DNA of 64,000 nt from Klebsormidium nitens (lineage: Eukaryota > Plantae > Klebsormidiophyceae): the NCBI GenBank assembly GCA_000708835.1, contig DF237372.1, forward strand, positions 1 through 64,000, written 5' to 3'. Positions 33,201-44,592 of the stretch are shown piece after piece (positions within the stretch are counted from its first letter, which is position 1; each line of letters begins with the position of its first letter). The notes beneath the pieces were generated by a model. The model saw only the letters and a list, made by a program, of their open reading frames with translations, was not told the origin of the DNA and ran no database searches. The position numbers and the translations under genes are program-made.

Positions 33201-36200
33201 CGCTCTCTGACGAATAAGATTTCCTTTTGCACGCAGGATCGCTGGCGAAAGAACAAAGAGGGGTCACACGGCGCCTTACGCCAAAGTGTGTACAAACAGA
33301 ACAGGACCGATTTGGGACGCTCGAGGGTGTTCATAGGAATGTCTCATCTTGTAATGATTGACTCTTTCTCCTCTTCGCAGGACCGCGTGCGAAAGTACAA
33401 AGAACGGTCGCAAAGCGGCGACCGCCAAGTGGCCGCACAGCAGAACCATATACTGAGGTTACAAGACCGGGTCGCGACGCTGGAGGGCAGTCTCCAGATG
33501 GCCAATCGAACCGAGACGCAGATCAGCGAAGAGCAACGGCTGGCTGGGGAGGTGGAAAGCAAGGACAAGGAGATCCGGGTAAGATCGCCTGTTAGATTTT
33601 TATGCTTCCATATTTTGCTCGCACCTTGTTACGCCTAGGCGCTTAGAGCTGTTTCTGCTGATACTACGAGACATTCCCCTTTCTTTTCTGGTCCCGTTAA
33701 GTATTCCCTTCCTGCTCTTATGTCCCGTCTTCTTGGAAGCATCTTCGCGTCGCCCTTGAGACAGCACGTTTAGGCTTTCTTCCCATTGCTGTGGGCGTTC
33801 CTCGCGAGTACTTACACAAAGGCGCTGCTGTCGTTCACGGCCACTTCTGCGAAGTCTCGACGCTACAAACGACGTACAAGGACGTGTCACCTAGAAGGTC
33901 ATGCCCGGGGACAGGGTTCGGTTAGCCTGACGCTTAGGATTGGGTGCGGGTGCGGGGCGCGTGAAAGCTGTACTTACAATGGTCAATTTGAACAAGTCGA
34001 TCTTCTTTCTCGTTTGATTGGAACTTAATGTCGATAAGAAGCCACCAAGCTTCTTTCAGGACATAACAGATTCTGCTCTGTCATTCAAGTTAACAGCAAA
34101 ATAATCATCGTCAATGGGAAGTCAAACGTGAATTCACTTCAGCCCTTGCACTCGATACCTTTCTACTGAGAGATGTTGAAAGCATAACATTCACGAGTAG
34201 TCGCGCGCGGCCTTTGCAGGACTTGCGCGACAAGGTGCAGATCGCGCAGCGCTCGCGCGAGGCCGACGCGCGCCGGCACAAAATCGAGGCGCAGGAGCTG
34301 CGCAAGGAGAGCGCGGGCCTCAAGAAGGAGGTCGCGCGGCTCACCGCGGAACTAGAGGTGAGAGATTTGCAGACTCTCAGTTTCGTTATAGTTGCTTTTC
34401 CAGTGCTTCTACTAAGAGTTTGCCTTTCTTCGCCAGGGTCATGAAGCAGACATTTCATAGTGGTGCACTCAACTTCGATGGTTTGATTTTCCTGGGGGGA
34501 TGTGAAAACCGGTTGAGAAAAAGAAGATACCGGAGGGGTACCCGGGTTTGTTCCCCCAAGTCTCCTTTGCATCAGGCTCTTATGCTTTGTTTGTTTTGCT
34601 GCGGCATCAGCAAGCCAAGTTCTAAATCCTTGCTTCAAAGCTAAGATTTCATCCTCAAGAGATGGGAAATGTGCTCTTGCGGCCAGAAACGTCTCCACGA
34701 AGCCATTTCCACTTCGCATCCTCCAATTGTGAGAGCCCTTTACGTTCTATTTCGTTGACAAGAACGAGTCAAGGCTCTTCTGGTTGCCACTTCTAGAGAG
34801 AAGTTCACAAAAACACTCTGATTGCCTCGCTGGCACCAATACGTGTTCAAACGAAATTGTCGCGATTCAGTGATTGAAGTGGATCACTACGTTCCCTAGT
34901 CACACCAATCTGCCTGTTACCCAGATTTTGTTTGAGTGAACCGTTTCCGTTCCGTTTGCAGGAACGGAACAAGGAGATCCGGATGGACGCGATGAAGATC
35001 CGCTCCCTTCGCAAGAAGCTGGACCCCATCAAGCGCCAGCTTAACCAGGTGGTTAACCAGAACCCGGTTACGGGTGACCCGGAAACCTACAGCCCGACCG
35101 CGTCGGTGAACGGCCCTCTCCCGCCACTAACCGACGGCGACTACTCCCTCGCTAACCCGGGTTTCGACTTCTCGGGGCACGATAGCCCCCGGGATGGAAC
35201 TGGGTTAGAGAGCGCGGTTAGCTTGACCCCGGGGAGCATGCGGGAGGAACTGAGAAGGCTACAGGCGCTGTGCCAAACACAGCAAGCGAAGCTGGCACGG
35301 TTAGCGGGCGGAGAACCAGGGGTGGAGGAAAACGGGTCAGGGGCCGGGTTAAGGAAGGACGTTAGCCAGGACGAGGCTGCGGTTCTGATTCAAAAGGCGC
35401 TGCGAGGTTACGCGGAACGCAAGAACTACGTCAGGCAGAAGTCAGCAGCGATGAGGATCCAGGCGCAGCTACGGGGCCACCAGGTTAGGAAGAGGTTAAA
35501 GCAGCAGGCCTCCGACCGGGCACTTAACCCGGAAAGTCTGCCCGTTACTCCCTCCGGGGATAAGGGGACCGGAGAGGCAGGCGACCAAGCTGGATTGAAG
35601 CTGAACGTATTGGATGGGGGTGAAGACGAGCGGGTTTCGGATAACCGTGAAGGCGAGATTAGCCCAGGACCAAGCCCAACGAAGGAGGTTCTGCAATTAA
35701 GGTTAGTACATAACCACCCCGGGTGACACATCTGAAGGATCCACTTCTTACAAGCAAAGCACAATGATTATTTTTGGTCCTTTCAACCGTTTGTTTTCTG
35801 TTCGTCTCGGAGTAAAAGCTTGGCCAACTGTTCGTGCAGTTCAGAATTAGGAGCTTCCTTAAAGGCGTGCTTTGTGTGAAACTCTTGAGCGTTTAGTGAG
35901 TTAGTACCTGACCGTTCCATTTTGAATTGCTAGTTGCCGTTTCGAAAAGGAAGCTGTAAGCGAAGTGTGCCAAGATGTCAAGCTTGTGGAGGTTTAGGTT
36001 CTTCGGAGCACAACTGCTTCTTCTGAAAGTCGTCCGCGGAGTTCAATGTTTTACAATTCGAAGACAAGCCAAGTCGGATTTGGATTAGGGGACCGCGAAA
36101 GAGAGCTCCGATGGGCTCTTTTCGATACAATCCGTGTTTCTTATACTAATACCGTTGAGAGAATGTCCCTCTGCAACGGACTTATCTTTGGGGAACAAAA

Positions 36201-36651
36201 TCAGAGACGCGAGTCAAGCGCAGTTACTAACTTTGAGGGCCGGAACTAAGCGACATCAGTGCGAGACACCAAGATGTCCAGTTAACCAAGGTCATTTAAC
36301 CGCCTTATCGCGGGCGGTCCAGTGCCACATCCCGCAACCCAAGCGCCTCTTCACCAAGGGGGGCCCGCTAACCACAAAATTCCCCCTCCTAAACGCACGT
36401 CCTCCAGTGCCACTTCTGGCAACCCAAGCGTCTCGATTTAAACCAGTTTGATCAGGCGATACCTTTCCACAGGTATAGCCGGCCCTTTAGTGCTACGAGT
36501 GGCAACTCGAGCGTCTCTTCTTAAACCCAGGTCCGTTAAACCGTAGTTTTCCGCCCTTCTTGCAGGCAATCCAGTGCCACGTCTGGCACTCCAACCAGGG
36601 CCGGGTCAAAGACACCGGTGGGAAAGCCCGCCAGCCGGGACTCTCCCCATG
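30240..36651 (+). CDS. Coiled-coil protein with two IQ calmodulin-binding motifs; exons ?-30241, 30825-30984, 31475-31570, 32277-32393, 33381-33578, 34220-34357, 34962-35701, 36566-36651; last exon uncertain
   Basis: The exons splice in phase into GIMQ|ELQKYIAHVESLAAHRKMEIEKLNEEKRDLEK|LMRLPT...RVLK|DRVRKYKE...KEIR|DLRDKVQ...ELE|ERNKEIRMDAMKIR. IQ motifs: IQKALRGYAERK and IQAQLRGHQVRK. The donor at 31570 is weak. Confidence 0.8.
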
Positions 36652-37847
36652 GTACGTTCCAAATCATTCCGTTTAGATCTCTGGAGTTTCGTTCCTGATC
36701 AGTCGTCGTCACTTGTTTTGCTTCGCGCTTGACCGTATCGAGCGGCAGCGACTCTTTTTACGGTACGTTTGAATGGAAACTTCCGTTCCGTTCAGCTCCG
36801 TACCACGCAGTCCTTCGGTCCTCCTTCCTCATGTATGTTCCAAAGTTCGCTGAATTCAGCGGCCGAACAATCCCCTGACGGTAACTTCTCAGTCACAGAT
36901 TCCGTTCCGCTCGGCTTCGTTGACATTCCGTTCATCTGTCCTTGTTCCTCCTTATCATTCAAGTCTTGCTCTATCCTGCAACTGCTGGGGGCGGAAAGAC
37001 TGACTCGGAATGCCCCTCACTGCAATCATCGTTAAGCTTTCGCGTTGCTTTCTAGTCCGCCTGCAAAGCCGACTCAACTCCCGTCGCTGATTGGTTCCTC
37101 AATTTGTCAGAGTCACCTGGAGTCCAGATTGATTACCAAGCGGAATCACTCGGACTCTTCCATCCCTGTCGAAGGTTCTCGGACACTCCTTGTCATTTGT
37201 CATACGGACCGAGGCAAGCATACAGAAGGTCCCCTTCGTTTGGCAATCAGTCTGGTGCAACTCTGAGACAGTGCCGGATGACCGATGATACTCTTTTCGT
37301 TCATGATGTTTACATTTCTGAGAAAGGTTTTCTTTTCGCAAATGGCACGGAATGCAGCGCAGAAGTCGGTTCGTTGGACGTAAGACAACTGGCTCCGAGT
37401 TCTCAAAGGAATCTTTGTCACTGCGGCCGATTCTGCTTATCCCTTTCAATTCGTTCCGTTTCTTTGACTGCGATTCGCTTGAACCTGTTCGAGTCGCTTC
37501 ACACGCCTGATCCGTTCCCTCAGGATGCCTAATATGCAACGGGACGAAATTGATGACCCTTCTCATGTTTCCTTTACATTCCTCTGAAAGGCATGGAAGT
37601 GCCTCTTTTTCCCGCTGGAATCTGATGGTGCGGGGCCTTCTTGTCCATCAGACGGAGTCGCCTTTCCTGCAGCGGGCTCATTCACTCTTGTGCATGTAGA
37701 TTCGCCTTCAAGGTCGTCTTTTGCCCTTGCAATTCTCCCTTTGGGAATCTGATCACTGGTTCGCTAATGCTTCTTCATTGATTGGTCAAATTGCGCCTCA
37801 CGAAGTCGCCAATCTTTCAGAGCCAACTCTTTCCCCACCACGCTTTC

Positions 37848-38061
37848 TTAATGGGCTTCAAGAAACAATCGCGCCTCTTGCTCACTAACCACGTGGTTAC
37901 GGAGCTCTTTTACGTGACATAAAAACCTTTCTTCCGACTTTGCAGGCCCGATGAAGAGGAGCCCGAGCAGCAACGGCCGGAACTCGCCTACCGTGAAGAG
38001 AGGGGCCCCCGGGGAAAGCCATTTCAGCAATCCCAGCCCGCGACCCAAAGCTTCCAAGGCC
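37848..38061 (-). CDS. Possible exon of an unresolved minus-strand gene (or pseudogene)
   Basis: The frame is open from a TAG acceptor at 38062 (ALEALGRGLGLLKWLSPGAPLF...). The acceptor segment is echoed upstream at about 38177 and 38290, as seen for bona fide exons elsewhere in the window. No domain recognised. Confidence 0.3.
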
Positions 38062-39449
38062 CTATGATAAGTTGTCAAGGCGCTATTATAAGCAGGTCAT
38101 TTGATGCTGGGGTTTCGTCATGCAGAACACGCACGGTCTCATAGGTGATGGAAGGGCTTCAGCCCGCGACCAAAGCTTCCAAAGCCCTATGAGGAGGTCA
38201 TGTAATTGTTCGTGATCTTCGTAACAATGAAAACATTAAGCACGTGATAGGCCGTATGGCTTGCCGGAGGGCTCCTATCAGCATTCAAGAGCTTCCGAGG
38301 CCCTATAGGCAAGTCACATGATATTAGATGGGGGTTCGGGCTTGCACAATAAGCACTGGTGCGTGAAAGGGCCTCAAAGGGTATTAAACGGCCACGTCCT
38401 GAAGCCGTCAAGGCTCGGGCGATGAGCAGGTCAAGTACAGATTGGGGTTCGTGCTGTTGACCATTTCTTTGCGGGCGCTTCATAAATAGCGCGTGCCATT
38501 GAGGTGTGATTGAAGTTGTCTGAAAGGCAGTTGAAAGCGGTTTATTCATGTGGGGGTTTGTTGATCACGCCTCCGGCCTGAAGAACTGGACGTATCTTGG
38601 CAGACGTTTCTTGAAGTCCCTCGGTGTACGTCTGAGCACGACGGCCGATCAGTATACTAAAAGCAATTTGATCAAGTATTAGATGACCCTGGACCAAGCA
38701 ATTGGAGTCACTGGGCCCCAACCGGAGTGTCGTGCAATTAAAGATACCCTTTTTCTCGCTGAAGTGGCGACGTGAATGTATCATGCAGCGCACTTAGAGT
38801 CCCTGCAACACGACGGTTAGGACTCGTTCCTTGGGGCCCCAGGGGGCCGGCCCGCGTTCTGAAGAGGTACTGCCATGCAATAGCTGCCTATGGCTAACAA
38901 ACTTCCCATGGCCGGGGTTGCACGCCTCGATCACGTCATGCCACAGCACGCGCGCACTGCCAAGATCGGTTTGGGAATCATGAAAATCCAGGATCCACCG
39001 ATTGATGTCCCAAAACGGTGGCATGCTGCTGCCAGCAGCCAGATTCAAACGCCCAAGCTTTCCTCAACGTTTTGGTACGTGTCCTCAAGCTCTTCATTTA
39101 ATGGGAGTCAGCTCTTCAACTCGCGGCTACATAAACTCTATTCAACGTGAGTCTAGCTAAAGTATGCGCCTATGGCTTTGGAGCTTGGAGGAGTCTAGTC
39201 GGACCGGACGAAAGTTTGCCAGTTGTGCAGTTGTGGTGCATATACAAACGGACTTCCCACTAGCTAGCGCCGGTCCTCCCGCGGGTCCCGCCGACCGCTG
39301 CGGGAGCAGCGGATGTGGCCGCCTCAGATAGACCTACGGATGTACGGATGATGCATATGGGGCGTTAAAAGAGCCCAGTCAACGGTCCGTACGTTGCGAC
39401 ACGGCGTGTATAGAGTTACTTGAGAGCCAGACCAAGTTCACGTCTCATG

Positions 39450-39981
39450 NNNNNNNNNNNNNNNNNNNNNNNNNNNNNNNNNNNNNNNNNNNNNNNNNNN
39501 NNNNNNNNNNNNNNNNNNNNNNNNNNNNNNNNNNNNNNNNNNNNNNNNNNNNNNNNNNNNNNNNNNNNNNNNNNNNNNNNNNNNNNNNNNNNNNNNNNNN
39601 NNNNNNNNNNNNNNNNNNNNNNNNNNNNNNNNNNNNNNNNNNNNNNNNNNNNNNNNNNNNNNNNNNNNNNNNNNNNNNNNNNNNNNNNNNNNNNNNNNNN
39701 NNNNNNNNNNNNNNNNNNNNNNNNNNNNNNNNNNNNNNNNNNNNNNNNNNNNNNNNNNNNNNNNNNNNNNNNNNNNNNNNNNNNNNNNNNNNNNNNNNNN
39801 NNNNNNNNNNNNNNNNNNNNNNNNNNNNNNNNNNNNNNNNNNNNNNNNNNNNNNNNNNNNNNNNNNNNNNNNNNNNNNNNNNNNNNNNNNNNNNNNNNNN
39901 NNNNNNNNNNNNNNNNNNNNNNNNNNNNNNNNNNNNNNNNNNNNNNNNNNNNNNNNNNNNNNNNNNNNNNNNNNNNNNNNN
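39450..39981. other. Assembly gap (532 N)
   Basis: Run of n. Confidence 1.
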
Positions 39982-42727
39982 NGTTCGGACTGCTTCAAAG
40001 TTTGATTTCAAGCTCTCTGAAATTTGAATGGTTGCCTTCAAGTTCTGGCACCTTCTTTCTAATCCAGATGAATTACCTAAAGCAGGATGTCCTCTGCAGA
40101 GGTAGCCGCTTATCAAGAGGGCGCTCCAACATGTTCCAGCTCTTGGTTTGTCAGCATGCAGAATGCAGCAAGGGGAGGTGAACGTTCCGTGTGGATAGAT
40201 ACCAAGAAGCAGGGACATCTATACTTTTTCATACACGTTCAAAGCCTTTTGTCATCAACGCCGCCACGCGCCTTTTAAGGCTTGCGGATGCACCATATTT
40301 TCCAAGGTAAGCGTCAACCACCCGAGATACAAGTGCGATTAGAGATGCACAGATTGGTGGCGTTTTGAGAATACCAGATGACCTGAAATGTTCACGATGA
40401 CTGCAAAGCAACGGACCATCCATCCAGATCAAACATTAGCATTTGAGGAGATGTGGACTTTTGCAATTGCAGAGCAATGGACTTTCTAGATTGAACTTTT
40501 GGAGTTGAAAGCAAGAGGAAATTGACTGGGCCTACTTTTGTGATTGCTCCTCCGTTGAACTTGTAGCAAGAGAAATCCTCCTCATCAACCCTCTTGAAGT
40601 TGAATGAGAAATGCCTTTCAATAACCTTTTGAAGATGAAAGCTTGTCCCAGGCACGATTGTGTTTCTCATCATTGCACATCTTGAGCAGTTGCAAAAAAC
40701 TCGATCTGCCGGTTATTCTACAGCAATGCAAGTGAGAGATGTACAGATCGTAATGCAGCTTTCGTGCAACGTCCTTCAGCCAATCAAATCAAAAATTCTA
40801 TGGATGTAATGCATAGTCACATTTTAGGCACGCTGATTGTTTAGAAAAAGCACAGGTTGGTGGGGCTTTTGTATCTGCTGACGATGTTCGTGCTGTACCA
40901 TTCATTGCATTTGATCTTTCCAAAGAGGGAGTAAATAAAGCTCGCATATAGCTTTCTGGGGTAATCTTTCGCAGCATTCTGATTCTACATCCATCAGGGA
41001 TTCCCCCAACAGCTTTTCCTCCCGCCTCTGAAATTCCTTACATGCGAGATTGCTCATTGGCCTGCGAAGCATGCAAAATCAGACTTTTAGGAAGGTCTTT
41101 CCAGATCAAGGCTGTACTATGGTTTTACTATCTGTGCACATTGTTGGATCCTTTTGGACTAGGAACTTTCAGAACTTAGTACCGTACAGATAAAGACTAC
41201 ACTGAGGTTGCCGAAATGAGTGCATATTGTCCGACGCCCCTTGAGAACAGCTTTCATCAAGTGCGTATTATGGTTCCCTGATCAGTCACATTGTTGATGC
41301 CCCTTTTAAGGCACTTAATAATATTTTGGTGGACAAGATCGATCAAGGGACAACCGTTTTGAGCTGTCACCGTCGATCTGAAGGTATATTTTGAACACCA
41401 GATGTTTTTCAGTGATGAACACAACATGACCGGACTGAAGTTGTTGATGTATTCAGAATCATCATCGCTAACACTGAAGGGTAGTCTCTTCTGTGTCCCA
41501 AAACCCCTGGTGCCTGATACTCTCGCTGGGTCAGACATTCTGCTGTACTGGGAACAAGAACCTGATTCGTAACAGCTTGTGTCAGCACGAAAGAGACAGC
41601 CAGATGGAGCTCCAAGAATCCCCGCCCGCTGGACACAAACATATTTTGGGGATTCTAGTGTCATTTCTTTCAGCATTTTGAAATTATCTTTCGTCATCTG
41701 ATCTTTATTTTTCCTTCATGCAGGGAGCCCGGTGCCGCGCCCAGCAGCGTCGATCTTGACATGTGACTGATGATGTGACTGCGCAGCGCACCAGGATATC
41801 TGAGGTGCAGCCGATTTCTTCCCCTCGTTGGCGTGCTTAGATTTGTATTCTTCTGCTCTGCTTTTGAGAGGGCTTCCGATTTTGTTTCATCAACAAGGCT
41901 ATGTATGTTCAGATTGCTGGGTTGATGGCTGATTGTTGAAGGTAGTCTCAGGGAAGACAAACAAAACTCTTGGCAGACCTGCAGGGAATGCTGATTGTTT
42001 GTCCCGTACTGGAAAGTGCATTGTCCTTGTGATACTTTTGGTCGCTAAGCTCTGCGGAGATTTCCAATGCTGAGTTCAGCATTCTTTTTGACCGCCTGAG
42101 ACATCTGGCAACATCAACAAGTCCATGGATTTGAGTTGTTTGCACTAAGTGCATTCCCTTGTGGAAGAGAGGTCCTGTCACCGACGAAAAAGGCAGCTGC
42201 AGTAGTCAAGCAAGTGCGGTTTAGACGGTTGCATCATTCCTGACCAAAGGGACCAAAAGACTCTTCAGAGGAAACATATGACTTTTAAGTGGATTTTAAA
42301 CGGCCTTCACAACAGATGGCTGATCGCCTTCCTCTACCTCTTAGCCCAAATCCAATAAGAAGTTCCCTGCGTAGAGTCTCTATGCTTTCAATAAACGCCA
42401 CTCTGCCAGCAGTCAAATGTTCCTCGCAAGTTTGCTGGAGAGCTGACAATCGTTTTGACTTTCCATTCTCCCAGCAGTGCCGCAATCTGCTATGGAGGCA
42501 ATCTACCCGACTTTCTCCCAAGCCCAAACTGCCCCATGGAAGCTTCAAAACGGGAGCGGTTCTAAATTGGTAGGCACGAACAGGGGTATCTAGACGTGAC
42601 CACTGATCGTGTGTAGTCCCCCCTTACTTCAGGGCTACAAATGGACGGACCAGATCAACGAGGATTGTGGGCAGATCACGCTTATTACGCCAGGAATATA
42701 CCAGGTACCAGGGCTTTCTGAACCGAG

Positions 42728-43200
42728 GATCAGGACGGACGGTTCTCTAACCGGGGGGGGAAAGCGAAAGCGGGTCGGTTTCGGCTCAGGGGGTACTTCC
42801 AAGGGGTTCAGGACCCCCTGTGGAACAGCAGGGCGCGGGAGATCAGGACGGACGGTTCTCTAACCCGGGGGGAAAGCGAAGCTGCAGGGCAAAGCGGGTC
42901 GGCTCTGGCGCAGGGGGTACTTTCAAGGGGTTCAGGACCCCCCTGGAACAGCAGGGCACGGGCGATCAGGACGGACGGTTTTCTGACGGGGGGGCAAGTG
43001 AAGCTGCAGGGCAAAGCGGGTCGGTTTCGGGTCAGAAGGTACATCCAAGGGGTTTAGGACCCCCCCGGAACAACAGGGCACAGGGGATCAGGACGGACAG
43101 ATTTCTGACGCGGGGGAAAGCGAAGCTGCAAAGCAGAAGAAGTCCGCAACGTGACGCCTCAGGGGGGCAACTCCAAGGGGGCCAGGAGCCCCCGGAATAG
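42728..43200 (+). repeat. Tandem repeat of about 123 bp, about 4 copies, progressively diverging
   Basis: gatcaggacggac starts at 42728, 42841, 42964 and 43086 (spacing 113, 123, 122). The shared core ggggtact..caaggggttcaggacccc..ggaacagcagggc is present in each unit. Confidence 0.95.
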
Positions 43201-43495
43201 CAAAGGATTAGTGCAATAGTTTCGGATATCCTTCGGAGACAGTTTCCGGGCAGTTTGCCGGTGCCGCCTGACGCGGGGCTACGCAGCAACACAAGCCGTC
43301 CGTAATTGGAAGGATTTGGTTCCGGGGAGACCCTAGTTGGGGAGCGGAACGGCCCAGCTTTGTCCTTGGGGGAGTCTTCCAGGCGACTCATTGGCCCCAG
43401 AAACAGCAATACAAAGGGGTGTACTGAGTCAACTTTGTTTCTGGGGTTACCCGCCGGTTAGGGAGTCCGGTCTTTCCCTAACCCCCGCCGCCAGA

Positions 43496-44592
43496 ATGGA
43501 TGCCGACGGCCCCGACGCAGAATTGATAGCGCTTTTAACCGAGCATATCCAGGCACTTTTAGGGGAGCAGGGGAGGGAGTTCGGAAGGGGGGATGAGGGT
43601 CCAGGCAAATTGTCCCCCCGGAAAGTGCTCCGGCTGCAACAGCAGCATAAGAAGTTGCGCGAAGCTGCGACGTTTCTGCAGTTGCTGACAGGGGCGGCGA
43701 GTACCGCCAACCCGGGGAGAAGAGAAGCTAACCCGGGGTTAACAGGAGTTAAGCCGGGGAGAAGAGAAGCTAACCAGGGGGAAGCGGCGACCGGCACACG
43801 GAAGATGGAGAACAGGTCGGAGCAGTCGAGAGACTCCGGGGGGGGTCAAGGGCCCAGCGCTCGGGGGGGCGCGTCGGCAGCCCCCGTGTCCTCATCAATA
43901 AGCGGAGGGTTTTCCGCGGCTGTCTCGGAAGTGGGTTTCGAGGGCCACGATCCGACGGCCGTGTGCAATTGCGGGATCCGGAGTCCGTGCGGCGCGCCCA
44001 GGTGCAAGGGATTGCCGCCAAAGAGCGCCTTTTCTTGAAGCGTCTGCGATCGCTCGAGCGGCGGAAACCCGTGGAGAAAATGACGGGCGACGATTTCCTC
44101 GAGCTGATGGACGTTTTCCACCAGGAAGGTCCGGCCACGTGGCAGCTCGGGGGCGCTGCCACGTGGCCGCTCTCTGCGGGCCCCCAAGTCTCGGGCATCA
44201 GCCGTGCGCCCAGTGCGCCTGCGCGGTCGGAAGCGCAGGTTTCCGCCGCCCCTAGTTCGTTCGTCAGCAACGGCGGGGGTGGGGTGAAAAGGCCCCACAG
44301 CCTGGATCTGAACCTGCCAGCCTTTGGGGAGTTCGTTCCGGCCGCTAAGCGGGGATCGATAGAGTTTGTTGCGGCGGGTGGTGTAACGGTCGGGGCGACC
44401 CTTGCGCCTCCATTCCCCGTGTCTTGGTCGCCTGCAAAGACGCGGGACGCGGTTCCCGACACTAATGCATCGCAAGCATTAACCGAAACTGCCTCGTTGG
44501 GTTCTCCGTCCTTGTCATTGTCTCTCTGTCCTCCAGGAGAGCATCCGCCAACACACGATCCGCAAATCGATTTGAACCGTGAGCCGGGGTGA
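43496..44592 (+). CDS. Hypothetical protein with EAR-like repression motifs; probable 71-nt intron 43931-44001; 5' end uncertain
   Basis: ORFs 43337-44038 and 43963-44592 join in frame via GAA|gtgggt...cccag|GTG. Helical segments ELIALLTEHIQALL and RLFLKRLRSLE. Motifs SLDLNLP and C-terminal IDLNREP resemble EAR (LxLxL/DLNxxP). Confidence 0.55.

Noticed and set aside
39420-40218. ORFs spanning N runs (also 50928-51517)
   Set aside because: Artefacts of translating assembly gaps.
40000-42550. Possible decayed long minus-strand gene or transposase (fragments 40392-40673, 41257-41697, 41948-42181, 42285-42548)
   Set aside because: No recognisable motif, and the stop density in my manual read-through was not clearly below random. 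A tblastx or HMM search would be needed.
42728-43200. Repeat arrays as CRISPR (also 50933-51426 and 58415-58502)
   Set aside because: The context is eukaryotic, the units are contiguous without unique spacers, and there are no cas genes.
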